DNA from: an uncultured Planctomycetota bacterium
GTDB lineage: Bacteria; Planctomycetota; PLA2; JAEUHO01
NCBI GenBank assembly: GCA_963752285.1
Contig: CAVVXN010000005.1
Span: 704,001-768,000 of the forward strand
Length of the DNA stretch: 64,000 nt
Direction: 5' to 3'
How positions within the stretch are numbered: position 1 is the stretch's first letter; each line of letters opens with the position of its first letter. A program made the position numbers and the translations under genes. This document shows, piece after piece, positions 50,832-60,600 of the stretch. The notes under the pieces are model-generated. The model was not told the origin of the DNA and did no database searches. It worked only from the letters and a program-made list of their open reading frames with translations.

Positions 50832-50907
50832 CCTCGTGGGCGGGCTCGTCCCGCCCACGAGGTGAAGCGCTGCCGACGGCCCCCTCGCGGGGCCGTCGGT
50901 CGTTTCG
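50832..50907 (+). terminator. Tandem hairpins, probable terminator or mRNA-stabilising structure
   Basis: 13-bp stem 50832-50844/50850-50862; 11-bp stem 50873-50883/50889-50899 followed by TCGTTTC. Confidence 0.65.
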
Positions 50908-50933
50908 GGGGGCCGTCGCGGTAGGGTGGGGGC

Positions 50934-52277
50934 GTGTCGCGCGCGCTCCTCGTCGGGACCCTGCTCCTCCTTCTCGGGGCGGCGCTCCGCGCCGGCGACG
51001 AGCCGCCGCGGGTCGAGGAAGCGCTCCAGAAGCGCATCAACGAGGCGATCGAGCGCGGCACCGGGTGGCTCGTCTCGAAGCAGCGCAAGCGCGACGGGTC
51101 GTACCCGGGACTCGCGGAGCCGATGCCGCCGGGGCACTTCGACGCGATGGACGTGGGGCTCGACGCCCTGGTCGTCCTGACCCTCGCGCACTCCGGCGTG
51201 GATCCCCACGACGACGCCATCCGGAAGTGCCTCGACTTCTGCCGCTTCGAGTACTCGGGCGGCAAGGGATCGTGGAACCTCAAGTCCAGCGGCAACCTGA
51301 TGGTCTACGTCGCGTCCACGCTCGTTCTCGCGCTCCTGGCCGTCCACGCGCCCGAGGCGCAGAACGTCGTCGCGAAGCGGGATCGGTACGGGGTGCCCGT
51401 GCCGCCCAAGCCCGTGCACTGCAAGCTCCCCTCCGCCGACCGGCACTGGATCGAGGAGCTGGTCGAGTTCCTGGTGAAGGCGCAGGTGAAGCCCGCCGGG
51501 GGGTGGCGGTACCCCGGCAACCCGGTGGACTCGGTCCCGGCCGACACCGACCTCTCCAACACGCAGTACGCGCTGCTCGCGCTCGAGGCGGCGGCTCGCT
51601 GCGGGATCGACGCGCCGGACGAGACCTGGAAGCTCGCCGCGGAGTACCTCCTCCGCGAGCAGGACGAGGACGGCCTCGAGGTCGAGCTCCTGGTGCCGAG
51701 CCCGACCTGGACGACGGGCAGCCCCGAGGCGGAGCGCTTCGTCGGCGGGGGGACGTGGAAGACGCGCGGGTGGTGCTACCTGCCCGGGCACCCCGCGCTC
51801 GCGACGGGCTCGATGACCTGCGCCGGCGTCACGGGCCTGGCGATGGTGAAGGAGCGGCTGTGGGCCCGTGGGCACCTGGACCCGGAGCTGTCCAAGCGGA
51901 TCGACCGCGGCCTGCTCGACGGCCTCGCGTGGCTGCAGGAGCACTTCACCGTCGAGGACAACCCGGACCCGCCGAACCAGTGGCACTACTACTACCTCTA
52001 CGGCCTGGAGCGCACGGGGGCCAAGACGGGCGTGGTCTGGATGGGGAGGCACGACTGGTACCGCGAGGGCGCGCTCCACCTCCTCGCGGCGCAGACGAAG
52101 GAAGGCGGGTGGCGGTCCGCGGTGGGGCAGGACCAGCCCGCGGACTCGAGCGAGTCGGAGATCACGCAGACCTGCTTCGCGCTCCTGTTCCTCGAGCGCG
52201 CGACGCAGCGTCCCCCGATCCCCCTCGTCCCGCCGGTGGTCACGGGCGGGGGAGAGGCGCCCGCGGAGGGGCGATAG
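50934..52277 (+). CDS. Exported prenyltransferase/squalene-oxidase-repeat protein
   Basis: AIERGTGWLVSKQ..DGS, GGWRY, DLSNTQYALLAL, SMTCAG, YYLYGLER, TCFALLFL. Confidence 0.85.
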   Translation: MSRALLVGTLLLLLGAALRAGDEPPRVEEALQKRINEAIERGTGWLVSKQRKRDGSYPGLAEPMPPGHFDAMDVGLDALVVLTLAHSGVDPHDDAIRKCLDFCRFEYSGGKGSWNLKSSGNLMVYVASTLVLALLAVHAPEAQNVVAKRDRYGVPVPPKPVHCKLPSADRHWIEELVEFLVKAQVKPAGGWRYPGNPVDSVPADTDLSNTQYALLALEAAARCGIDAPDETWKLAAEYLLREQDEDGLEVELLVPSPTWTTGSPEAERFVGGGTWKTRGWCYLPGHPALATGSMTCAGVTGLAMVKERLWARGHLDPELSKRIDRGLLDGLAWLQEHFTVEDNPDPPNQWHYYYLYGLERTGAKTGVVWMGRHDWYREGALHLLAAQTKEGGWRSAVGQDQPADSSESEITQTCFALLFLERATQRPPIPLVPPVVTGGGEAPAEGR

Positions 52278-52386
52278 CCCGGGAGCGCGGGGCGATCGGA
52301 CAAAACGGGCCCCGCATCCTCCGGTGAGGTGGGTGCGCTCCGTAGAATTCGCGTCGCAAGGGTCCGCCCACCTGGAGACCGAGCCC

Positions 52387-54444
52387 ATGTCGGATCGCCC
52401 CGAGCCCGAGAGCCCCGCTTCGAGATCCGCGGGCGACGACCTCGCCACCCGCTCGATCAACACGGTCCGGACGCTGGCGATGGACGCCGTCGAGCAGGCG
52501 AAGTCGGGGCACCCCGGCACGCCGATGGCCCTCGCGCCGCTCGCGTACGCGTTGTTCGCCAAGGTGCTCGCGTACGACCCCGGGCGGCCCGACTGGCCCG
52601 ATCGCGACCGCTTCGTCCTCTCGTGCGGGCACGCGAGCCTCCTGCTCTACTCGATGCTCTACCTCACGGGGTACGGGCTCGAGCTCGAGGAGATCGAGTC
52701 GTTTCGACAGTGGGGCTCGCGGACGCCGGGCCACCCCGAGCACGGCATCGCGCCGGGCATCGAGACGACGACGGGTCCGCTCGGGCAGGGTTTCGCGAAC
52801 GCGGTGGGGATGGCGCTCGCCGAGCGGATGCTCGCGGCGCGCTACAACCGTCCGGACCACGAGGTGATCGACCACCGTACGTGGGCCATCGCGAGCGACG
52901 GCGACCTGATGGAGGGGATCAGCCAGGAGGCGGCGAGCCTGGCCGGGCACCTCGGTCTCGCGAAGCTCTGCGTGTTCTACGACGACAACCACATCACGAT
53001 CGACGGCTCGACGGACCTCGCGTTCACGGAAGACGTCGAGACGCGATTCCTCGGGTACGGGTGGCGCGTGATCCGTCTCGGCGACACCGCCACGCCCGCC
53101 GACTACGTCGCCGCGGCGGAGCGCGCCCGGGCCGAAGCGGCGTGCCCGACGCTGGTGATCTGCCGCACGCACATCGGGTACGGCGCGCCCAACAAGCACG
53201 ACACGGCCGCCGCGCACGGCTCGCCGCTCGGAGCCGACGAGGTCCGCGCGGCGAAGAAGAACCTCGGCTGGCCCGAGGACGCGAAGTTTTTTGTCCCGCC
53301 CGACGTGCTCGAGCACATGCGCGAGCTCGGGCGTCGCGGCGCGAAGACCCGGGCGGCGTGGGAAGCACGGCGCGCCGCGCACCGCGACGCGCACCCCGAG
53401 CTGGCGGCGCAGCTCGACCGGGTGCTGGCGGGGCGCCTCCCCGTGTCCCTCGACGACGCCTGGCCGAGCTTCGAGGCGGGGCGGGCGGTGGCCACGCGAA
53501 AGCGATCGCACGCGGTGCTGAACGCGATCAAGGACGCGCTGCCCGAACTCGTCGGGGGGTCGGCGGACCTGACGGTCTCGAACGGTACGGAGCTCGCCGA
53601 CGCGGGGGCGGTCAGCGCGGACTCGTACGAGGGACGGAACCTCCACTTCGGCGTGCGCGAGCACGCGATGGGCGGGATCCTGAACGGGATGGCGCTCCAC
53701 GGCGGTCTCCGGCCGTACGGCGGGACGTTCCTCGTGTTCAGCGACTACATGCGGCCTTCGATCCGGCTCGCGGCGCTGATGGGTGTGAACGTCACGTACG
53801 TGTTCACGCACGACTCCATCGGGCTCGGTGAGGACGGCCCGACGCACCAGCCGATCGAGCAGCTCGCGGCCCTCCGCGCGATCCCCGACCTTCGCGTGAT
53901 CCGACCGGCCGACGGCGCGGAGACGACCGAGGCGTGGCGCGTGGCCGTCGAACGAGGCGGACCCACGGCGCTCGTACTCACGCGACAGAAGGTCCCCGAG
54001 CTCGCGCGGGGCGACGGCGCGCTCGCGTCGGCGTCGGGTCTCGCACGCGGCGCGTACGTCCTCAACCCGGAGGTCGAAGACCCCGAGGTCTCGTTCCTGG
54101 CGACCGGTTCCGAGGTGCAGCACGCGCTCGCCGCGGCGCGAATCCTGTCGGACGAGGGCGTCCGCGCGCGGGTCGTCTCGTTCCCGTGCTGGTCGCTCTT
54201 CGAGGAGCGGCCCCGTGAGGAGCAGGAGCGCGTTCTCGGCCCGGACGCCGTGCGCGTGGCCGTCGAGGCGGCCGCGTCGTTCGGGTGGCACCGATGGGTC
54301 GGGTCGCGCGGCGCGCTCGTTACGATCGACCGGTTCGGGGCGTCCGCGCCGGGCGATCGCATGATGCGGGAGATGGGGTTCACGGCGGAGAACGTGGCCC
54401 GCGTCGCGCGCGAGGCGCTCGCCGCCGCCCGCGCGCCGTCCTGA
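52387..54444 (+). CDS. tkt: Transketolase
   Basis: SGHPG, RDRFVLSCGHAS, TTGPLGQG, DGDLMEG, GVREHAM, THDSIGLGEDGPTHQP. Confidence 0.98.
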   Translation: MSDRPEPESPASRSAGDDLATRSINTVRTLAMDAVEQAKSGHPGTPMALAPLAYALFAKVLAYDPGRPDWPDRDRFVLSCGHASLLLYSMLYLTGYGLELEEIESFRQWGSRTPGHPEHGIAPGIETTTGPLGQGFANAVGMALAERMLAARYNRPDHEVIDHRTWAIASDGDLMEGISQEAASLAGHLGLAKLCVFYDDNHITIDGSTDLAFTEDVETRFLGYGWRVIRLGDTATPADYVAAAERARAEAACPTLVICRTHIGYGAPNKHDTAAAHGSPLGADEVRAAKKNLGWPEDAKFFVPPDVLEHMRELGRRGAKTRAAWEARRAAHRDAHPELAAQLDRVLAGRLPVSLDDAWPSFEAGRAVATRKRSHAVLNAIKDALPELVGGSADLTVSNGTELADAGAVSADSYEGRNLHFGVREHAMGGILNGMALHGGLRPYGGTFLVFSDYMRPSIRLAALMGVNVTYVFTHDSIGLGEDGPTHQPIEQLAALRAIPDLRVIRPADGAETTEAWRVAVERGGPTALVLTRQKVPELARGDGALASASGLARGAYVLNPEVEDPEVSFLATGSEVQHALAAARILSDEGVRARVVSFPCWSLFEERPREEQERVLGPDAVRVAVEAAASFGWHRWVGSRGALVTIDRFGASAPGDRMMREMGFTAENVARVAREALAAARAPS

Positions 54445-54519
54445 GCGCGGCGCCCGACCGCGCGCGGGGGCGGGCCCCCCTCGTACGTAGAATCGCCCGC
54501 TTCATCGTGGGGAGTCGCC

Positions 54520-55380
54520 ATGTCGTCCACTCGTTCGTCGGTAGCGAGGATGCTCGCCCTGAAGGCGTCCGTCGTGTTCGCGCTCGCCCTCTTCGCCGCG
54601 GCGCCCTCGGCGCGGGCGTCGGGCTACGACCTGAACGGCCGTCTCGCGCCGGAGCTCACGTTTCCCGACGGGATGAACGGGATCTCCCGGAGCACGTCGC
54701 TCTCGTCGTACCGCGGGCGGGTCGTCTACCTGAAGTTCGTGCTCCGGGACTGCCCGATCTGTCGCGGCGAGCTCCCGCGCGTCCAGGACCTCTACGAGCG
54801 GTGGGGCGGCAGCGGGTTGGCGGTCGTGGTCGTCGTCCACCAGTACCGCCCCGCCGAGATCCAGCCGTTCCTCGATCAGTTCGGCTACTCGTTCCCCATC
54901 GGGTGCGACCTCGACGGCTCCCTGGCGCAGCGGTACGGCGTGGGACACCGTCCGGCCGACTACCTGATCGGCGTGGACGGCCGCGTGAAGGCGAGCAACG
55001 CGGTCTCGGACGCGGAGATCCGGACCGAGCTCGCGCACTACCGCATGGCCCGGATCGGGGAGGTGCCGCCCGAGCTCGACGCCTTGAAGGACGCCGTGTG
55101 GCGCTGGGACTACGGGACCGCGCTCCGGGCCGGGGAGCCCGTGGCCGAGCGGCCGGAGGCGTCCGCGTCGGTGAAACAGGTGGTCGAGCGGACGCGGGCG
55201 CTCGCGAAGGAGGAGCTCGACGCGAGGGTTGCGTACGCCGACGTGCTCGTCCGACGCGGCCGGACCGAGGTCGCGAGGACCTTCTACGAGCGGGTGGTGG
55301 ACTACTACAAGGGAACCAGCCTGGAGACCCCCGCCGCGGACGCGAGAGCGCGCTTCCTCGCGTCGCTGGGGACGCGATGA
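54520..55380 (+). CDS. Exported TlpA-like thioredoxin (CPIC) with a helical C-terminal domain
   Basis: Signal peptide; APEL...SLSSYRGRVVYLKF...CPICRGELP; YGV...P..YLIGVDGRV. Confidence 0.85.
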   Translation: MSSTRSSVARMLALKASVVFALALFAAAPSARASGYDLNGRLAPELTFPDGMNGISRSTSLSSYRGRVVYLKFVLRDCPICRGELPRVQDLYERWGGSGLAVVVVVHQYRPAEIQPFLDQFGYSFPIGCDLDGSLAQRYGVGHRPADYLIGVDGRVKASNAVSDAEIRTELAHYRMARIGEVPPELDALKDAVWRWDYGTALRAGEPVAERPEASASVKQVVERTRALAKEELDARVAYADVLVRRGRTEVARTFYERVVDYYKGTSLETPAADARARFLASLGTR

Positions 55381-55569
55381 CGGAGCGGTGACCCGACGCT
55401 CCCGGCCGAGAGGGCAGTACGCCCCGAACGCCCCTTTCGAGGCCATCTTCCCTGCCCTCTCGTGAACCGGTCGCGAGGCCGATCGGGAGGGGGACGGTAT
55501 GCTCACGCACGAGGAGCCGGCGAGGGCCGGGCGTCGTCGCCCGACCGGCTCCGACCAGGGAGGAGGTCC

Positions 55570-56742
55570 ATGGTGACCAGGACCACGCTCGAGACATCGT
55601 CGATCGACCGCGTCGCGGGCCGGAGCCGGCGCGCGTGGCCGCTCGCGCTCGTCGTGCTCGCGCTCGTCGCGACGGGCTGCGCCACGGGCCACGCGATGGC
55701 GCCGGCGCCGATGGCCGCTCCCGCGACGGCCGCGCTGCCCCCGCCCACGGACCGACCGCCGGAGGCCAAGCCGGGCGAGGCGTGGTGTCGCGTGTGGGTG
55801 CCCGGCGAGATGGGCGTGATCCAGGAGACCGTGTGCGTGAAGCCGCCGTGCAAGCACACGGTGACGATCCCGGCCAAGTACGGCAGGCGCCCGAAGCTCG
55901 TCTGCGTCGCCGAGGCGCAGCTCGGCGAGCGCGATACGCCCGCCCGGTGGGCGACGAAGAAGCGTCCCGTGATGGTCTGCCCGCCGCGGGAAGAGCTCCG
56001 CCGCGTGGACTGCCCCCCCGCCGACCTCGCGCCGGGCGAGGTGCAGTGCGAGTGCTGGACGAAGGTCCAGCACCCGGCCGTCTGGGGTGAGGAGGACTGC
56101 CCCGTCTGCGTGTCGCCGGAGCGGACCTGCCTCGAGTACAAGCCCGCCGAGTACAAGGTCGTCCAAGAGCGCTTCCTGCTCGAGCCGGCGCACACCGAGG
56201 AGGTGTGCGAGCCGGCGGTGTTCACGACGCGGTGCCGCCAGGCCCCGAGGTGCGGGGGCCACTGGGAGTGGCGCCGAAACGTCGCGTGCGAGGTCCCGAC
56301 CGAGACGGCGACCGCCCCTCCGATGCCCGCTCCCGCGCCGGTACGGCTCAAGGCGTTGCAGGTGGAGATGCAGGACCGCGCGGAGTCCGGCGCGGAGGCC
56401 GGGCAGTTCTCCGTGGGCGACATCGTGCGCTACGACCTCGTCGTCGCGAACGACGAGGGCTCGGAGGGACTGGACGGCCTGAAGGTCGACTTCGCGTTGC
56501 CGCCCGAGCTCGAGTTCGTGAAGGGCGGCGGCTACGGCGTGACCGTCAGCGGCTCGGGTCAGCAGGCGACCTCCGCGAGCTTCGACGTTCCCGTCGGCCA
56601 GTCCGTGACGATCTCCGTGGAGTGCCGCGTCCTGTCGGCGCCGCCTTCCAGCCTCGTCCAGACGAAGGCGACCGTGCGCGACGCCACGGGCACCGAGCTG
56701 GCCGAGGAGACGGAGAGCACGACCCTCAAGCCGAAGCAGTGA
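55570..56742 (+). CDS. Cys-rich repeat lipoprotein with a C-terminal DUF11/OmcB-like domain; paralog of 49797-50819
   Basis: AGGAGG RBS; lipobox ATGC; shared PPEAKPGEAWCRVWVP and GHWEWRRNxACEVP; VGDIVRYDLVVAN...LPPELEFV...EETESTT. Confidence 0.82.
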   Translation: MVTRTTLETSSIDRVAGRSRRAWPLALVVLALVATGCATGHAMAPAPMAAPATAALPPPTDRPPEAKPGEAWCRVWVPGEMGVIQETVCVKPPCKHTVTIPAKYGRRPKLVCVAEAQLGERDTPARWATKKRPVMVCPPREELRRVDCPPADLAPGEVQCECWTKVQHPAVWGEEDCPVCVSPERTCLEYKPAEYKVVQERFLLEPAHTEEVCEPAVFTTRCRQAPRCGGHWEWRRNVACEVPTETATAPPMPAPAPVRLKALQVEMQDRAESGAEAGQFSVGDIVRYDLVVANDEGSEGLDGLKVDFALPPELEFVKGGGYGVTVSGSGQQATSASFDVPVGQSVTISVECRVLSAPPSSLVQTKATVRDATGTELAEETESTTLKPKQ

Positions 56743-57551
56743 GCGGCGCCGGCGGGGGGGCGCGTCGTCGCGCGGTCCTCGTCGCGTCGGTCCTCCTCGC
56801 GGGCGCGGGGTCCGCGTGCGTACCGCTTCGGACGGGCCCGCGCGGGGGTGCCGCCAGGCGCGTTCTCCCCGCGGCCGTGATCCTGCCCGTGCGCGGGCAC
56901 GCGCAGCGTCACGCCCTCTCCTGCGAGTCCCGGTCGGCGGTGGACCTCCTCGCCGCGTACGGGATCGAGGTCGAGGAGGACAGCTTCCTCGAAGGGCTGC
57001 CTCGTTCGGAGAACCCGGAGCGCGGCTTCGTCGGCGACGTGGACGGCCCGGCCGGTCGCCTCCCGCCCGACGGCTACGGGGTGTACGAGGGACCGATCGC
57101 GCAACGGATCCGGTACTTCGGTCTCGAGGCGGAGGCGGTGCGTGGCCGCGACCTCGACTGGCTCCGCGGCCGGCTGGCGGAGGGCCGTCCGTCGATCGTC
57201 TGGGCGACGGCCGGGCTCGAGCCCGCGACGCCGAGGCGCCTCCAGACCTCGTACGGCGAGACGTTCACGGCGGTCTTGTACGAGCACACCTACCTGCTCG
57301 TCGGGTACCGGCGCGGCTCGGTCCTGCTCGTGGACGCGGGCACCGGCGAGCGGACCGAGGAGGACGAGGCAAGGTTCGAAGGGGCGTGGGCCGCTCTGGG
57401 CCGTCGCGCCGTCGTGCCGCGCGACCCGCTCGGGACGCCGCGTTCGGTGGGCTCCGAACGTCGATCCCGGAGGACGCCTTGTGCATTGGATCGACATGCG
57501 GCACCATGCGCGACATGTTCGGGCGGTCGGGAGGATGCCCAAAACCCCTGA
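56739..57551 (+). CDS. C39-like (YvpB-like) cysteine peptidase, probable lipoprotein
   Basis: QRHALSCE, NPERGFVG, GYGVY..PI, EHTYLLVGY, LLVD; GTGA overlap with the upstream gene. Confidence 0.8.
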   Translation: MSGAGGGARRRAVLVASVLLAGAGSACVPLRTGPRGGAARRVLPAAVILPVRGHAQRHALSCESRSAVDLLAAYGIEVEEDSFLEGLPRSENPERGFVGDVDGPAGRLPPDGYGVYEGPIAQRIRYFGLEAEAVRGRDLDWLRGRLAEGRPSIVWATAGLEPATPRRLQTSYGETFTAVLYEHTYLLVGYRRGSVLLVDAGTGERTEEDEARFEGAWAALGRRAVVPRDPLGTPRSVGSERRSRRTPCALDRHAAPCATCSGGREDAQNP

Positions 57552-57675
57552 TGCGCGGGGTTCGGGCGGACCCGCCTCCCCGGGGCCGGGCCGTGGCACC
57601 CGTCGTGCGACCGCCCCTGGCGAAGGCGAGCCACGCCGAGATCGTCGGCAGGCCGCCCTGGACGCGGAGGGATCC

Positions 57676-60600
57676 ATGCTGAAGCCGACCACCTGGCTCC
57701 TGGCGGCGCTGCTGCTGCCCTTGTTCTGGGCCGGCTCCGGCGCCCCGGCGGGCGCAGAGGGGACCGTCGTTCCGACCGCCGAGGGGGGGTGGCGTGGCGT
57801 GCCGGACCTGGCCGAGGACAGCGGCCAGTTCCTCCTCGTCTCCGGCGTCGAGAACGCCGGCATCCCGGGCACGGGCCCCGGGGAGGACCCGGGCCAGCTC
57901 GTGCTCGCCTCGATCTTCGACGAGAACCCGTCGGGCCCCGACGTCGAGCTCGCGATCTTCGACGGCGACACGTCCGGCATCTGGGACCAGCGTGACGACC
58001 GGCCGCCGGTGTCCCCCGAGCTCGGCGTCCGCAAGCCCTTCGACTCGGTCTACCGGGTCTACCCCGACCCGACCGGCGGCGTGGCGCGCGCTCTCGCGCG
58101 TGGCAGCCGTGCGACCACGGACCCGGTTACCCCGGTGGACCGCGACGGCATACCCGAGGTGGACGACGGCGGCATGCCGCTCCCGGCGGTGTACCCGGTC
58201 CTCACCACGAACGCCCTGGGCTCGACGTTCAGCGGCACGAACGCGGCGTGGATCGAGCTGATGAACCAAGAGGGCGACGAGTCCGCCCGCATCGCGGGGA
58301 GCTCGACGTTCGTCTACACGCTTCGCGTGACGCTCGAGGACGGACCGAACGGAGCGCTGAACGGCTTCGAGGTGAACGGCTTCAAGGTCGCCATGACCGG
58401 CCGGCCCCGGCTTCCGAACGGGACGCTCCTGGGCTTCGTCGGCGGCGTGGTGGACATCCGGACGATCCAGGGTTTCGCGCAGTCCGAGGACCCGCTCCCC
58501 GGCTCGACGTATCGTCCGCCCTCGCGCAACGACACGCTCACGAACCACTACGGGGGCGAGTTCGACTTTTCCTTCGACGTGGGCACGGTCTGCGAGGACG
58601 TCGGCTTCGCGGAGGGCGACGCCGATTGGAACGCTCCGATCTCTCCGGACTCGATGTTCGGCGACCAGAACCCGACCGGCATCCCGCCGGACGACGGCGG
58701 TCGGTACGTGTTCGGGACCCAGGTCATCGACAACACGAGCCTGAAGATCCCGCTGCCCGCCGCCGACGAAGCGCTCGGCCGCCACGGGCTCCTCTGGGAG
58801 ATCGTGGACCCGAGTGGCTCGGTCCGGCTCTCGTCCGACGACTCGCCGCTCGGCCATCCGTCGTACTCCGGCGCGATCCAGTCGCCCGTGGCGCCCGTGG
58901 GCGACCCCTTCCAGACGACGACGCTGTCCAAGGACGTGCTGAACAGCCTGAGCGGCACGTGGACGTGGCGCTGGCGCGGCGTGGACAGCCGCAACGCGAT
59001 CTGGGTGAAGGCCCGGGGCGGCTTCGGGCCGAGCCTGGGTGGACCCGTCGTCTCGGGCCGCGTCTGGTGCGACGACGGCAACGGCATCTTCGACGAGGGC
59101 GAGACGCCGCTCGCCGGGGCGACCCTCGTGTTCGAGCCGGTCCCCGCCAGCGACTTCGAGGTGCCGATCATGACCGGCGCCGACGGGACCTGGCAGACCC
59201 ACTCGCTCGGAGCGGGCACGTGGCGTCTGCTCTCGGTGACGCCGGCTCCCGGGTCGTCCAGCGCGTTCGACCCCGCGACGCCGCTCCCGCGGACGTTCGA
59301 GGTGGACTCCTGCGAGGGCGCGACCTTGGACGTCCCCGGCATGTGCGGCTCGGCGCAGGGCCGCATCGCGGGCCGCGTCTGGTGCGACGAGCTCGAGAAC
59401 GGCGTCTTCGACGAGGGTGTGGACATACCGCACGCCGGCGTGACGGTGACGATCACGCCCTCGGGGTCGGCCACGCCGATCGCCACGCTGACGACCTCGG
59501 CCGACGGCACGTACCAGTCCGGACTGCTCGACGCGGGCGACTACACCGTGAGCGTCGATCCGGCCGACCCGGCGCTGGGCGGTCCCACGCCGCTTTCCCC
59601 GACATCGGTGACCGCCACGGTGGTGGCCGAGCAGACGACGAACGTGGACTTCTGGTTCCGCTGCCGGTCCGAGGTGTCCGGTCACGTGATTCGCGAGCAC
59701 CTGACATGCGACGGGGCGTGGGAGAAGGACGTGGAGTCGGGCATCCCGGGCGTGGAGGTCGTGCTGACGCTCCTCGACGACCAGGGCCAGCCGACCCCGA
59801 CCTCCCGCACCGCGACGACGGACGCGACGGGGTACTACGAGTTCACGGACGTCGTGCCCGGCACGTACCGGCTGACGGTGGACGGCGACCAGGCGAACGT
59901 GGTGCGTCTCGCCGCGAACTCCGGGACGACGATCGGGCCGCTCGAGGTGGTCTCGTTGATGAGCTACCCCGACAACGACTTCTTCTTCTGCCCGGGGAAG
60001 ATCCAGGTCAAGGTCGTCAAGAAGGCCCACGGCGAGGCCTGCCAAAACGTGATCGACGTGGGTGACACCCCGATCGCCGGGGTGACCGTGCACCTGTCCG
60101 GAGCGAGCGCCACGACGACGCCCGGTCCGTTCACGGCCACGACCGACGCCACGGGCGTCGCAACCTTCACCGACCTCGACGCCGACATGTACTCCATGTC
60201 GATCGCGGGGTCCCAGACGGTCCTCGTATCGCTGCAGCCCGCCGACGGCGCGACGGCGGCCACCGTGACGCTGCCTGCGGGCGGTCTCGTGGTGATCCCG
60301 AGCGTCTGGTGCGAGGAGACGTGCTCGATCACGGGCACGGTGTTCCGCGAGGCGGAGTGCGTGCCGTGGTGGACGTACGCCGGCCAGGGCATCGGCGGGG
60401 TGACGGTCGAGCTCCGACGGGCCGCCGACGACCCGAGCGGCGCCGCGTACGCGACGACGACGACCGACGCCACGGGCTACTACGCCTTCCTCGACATCCC
60501 GACCGGCGCGTACGTGGTCAGCGTTCCGGACGGACAGGCGGCCCTGGCCGACCTCACGGCCACCACCGACACGTCGGTGGCGGTCCGGCAGTGCGGCTCC

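Noticed and set aside
55408..55461. Inverted repeat GAGAGGGCAG/CTGCCCTCTC as a mobile-element end or REP
   Set aside because: Only one copy seen, no transposase or target-site duplication; at most a local RNA stem
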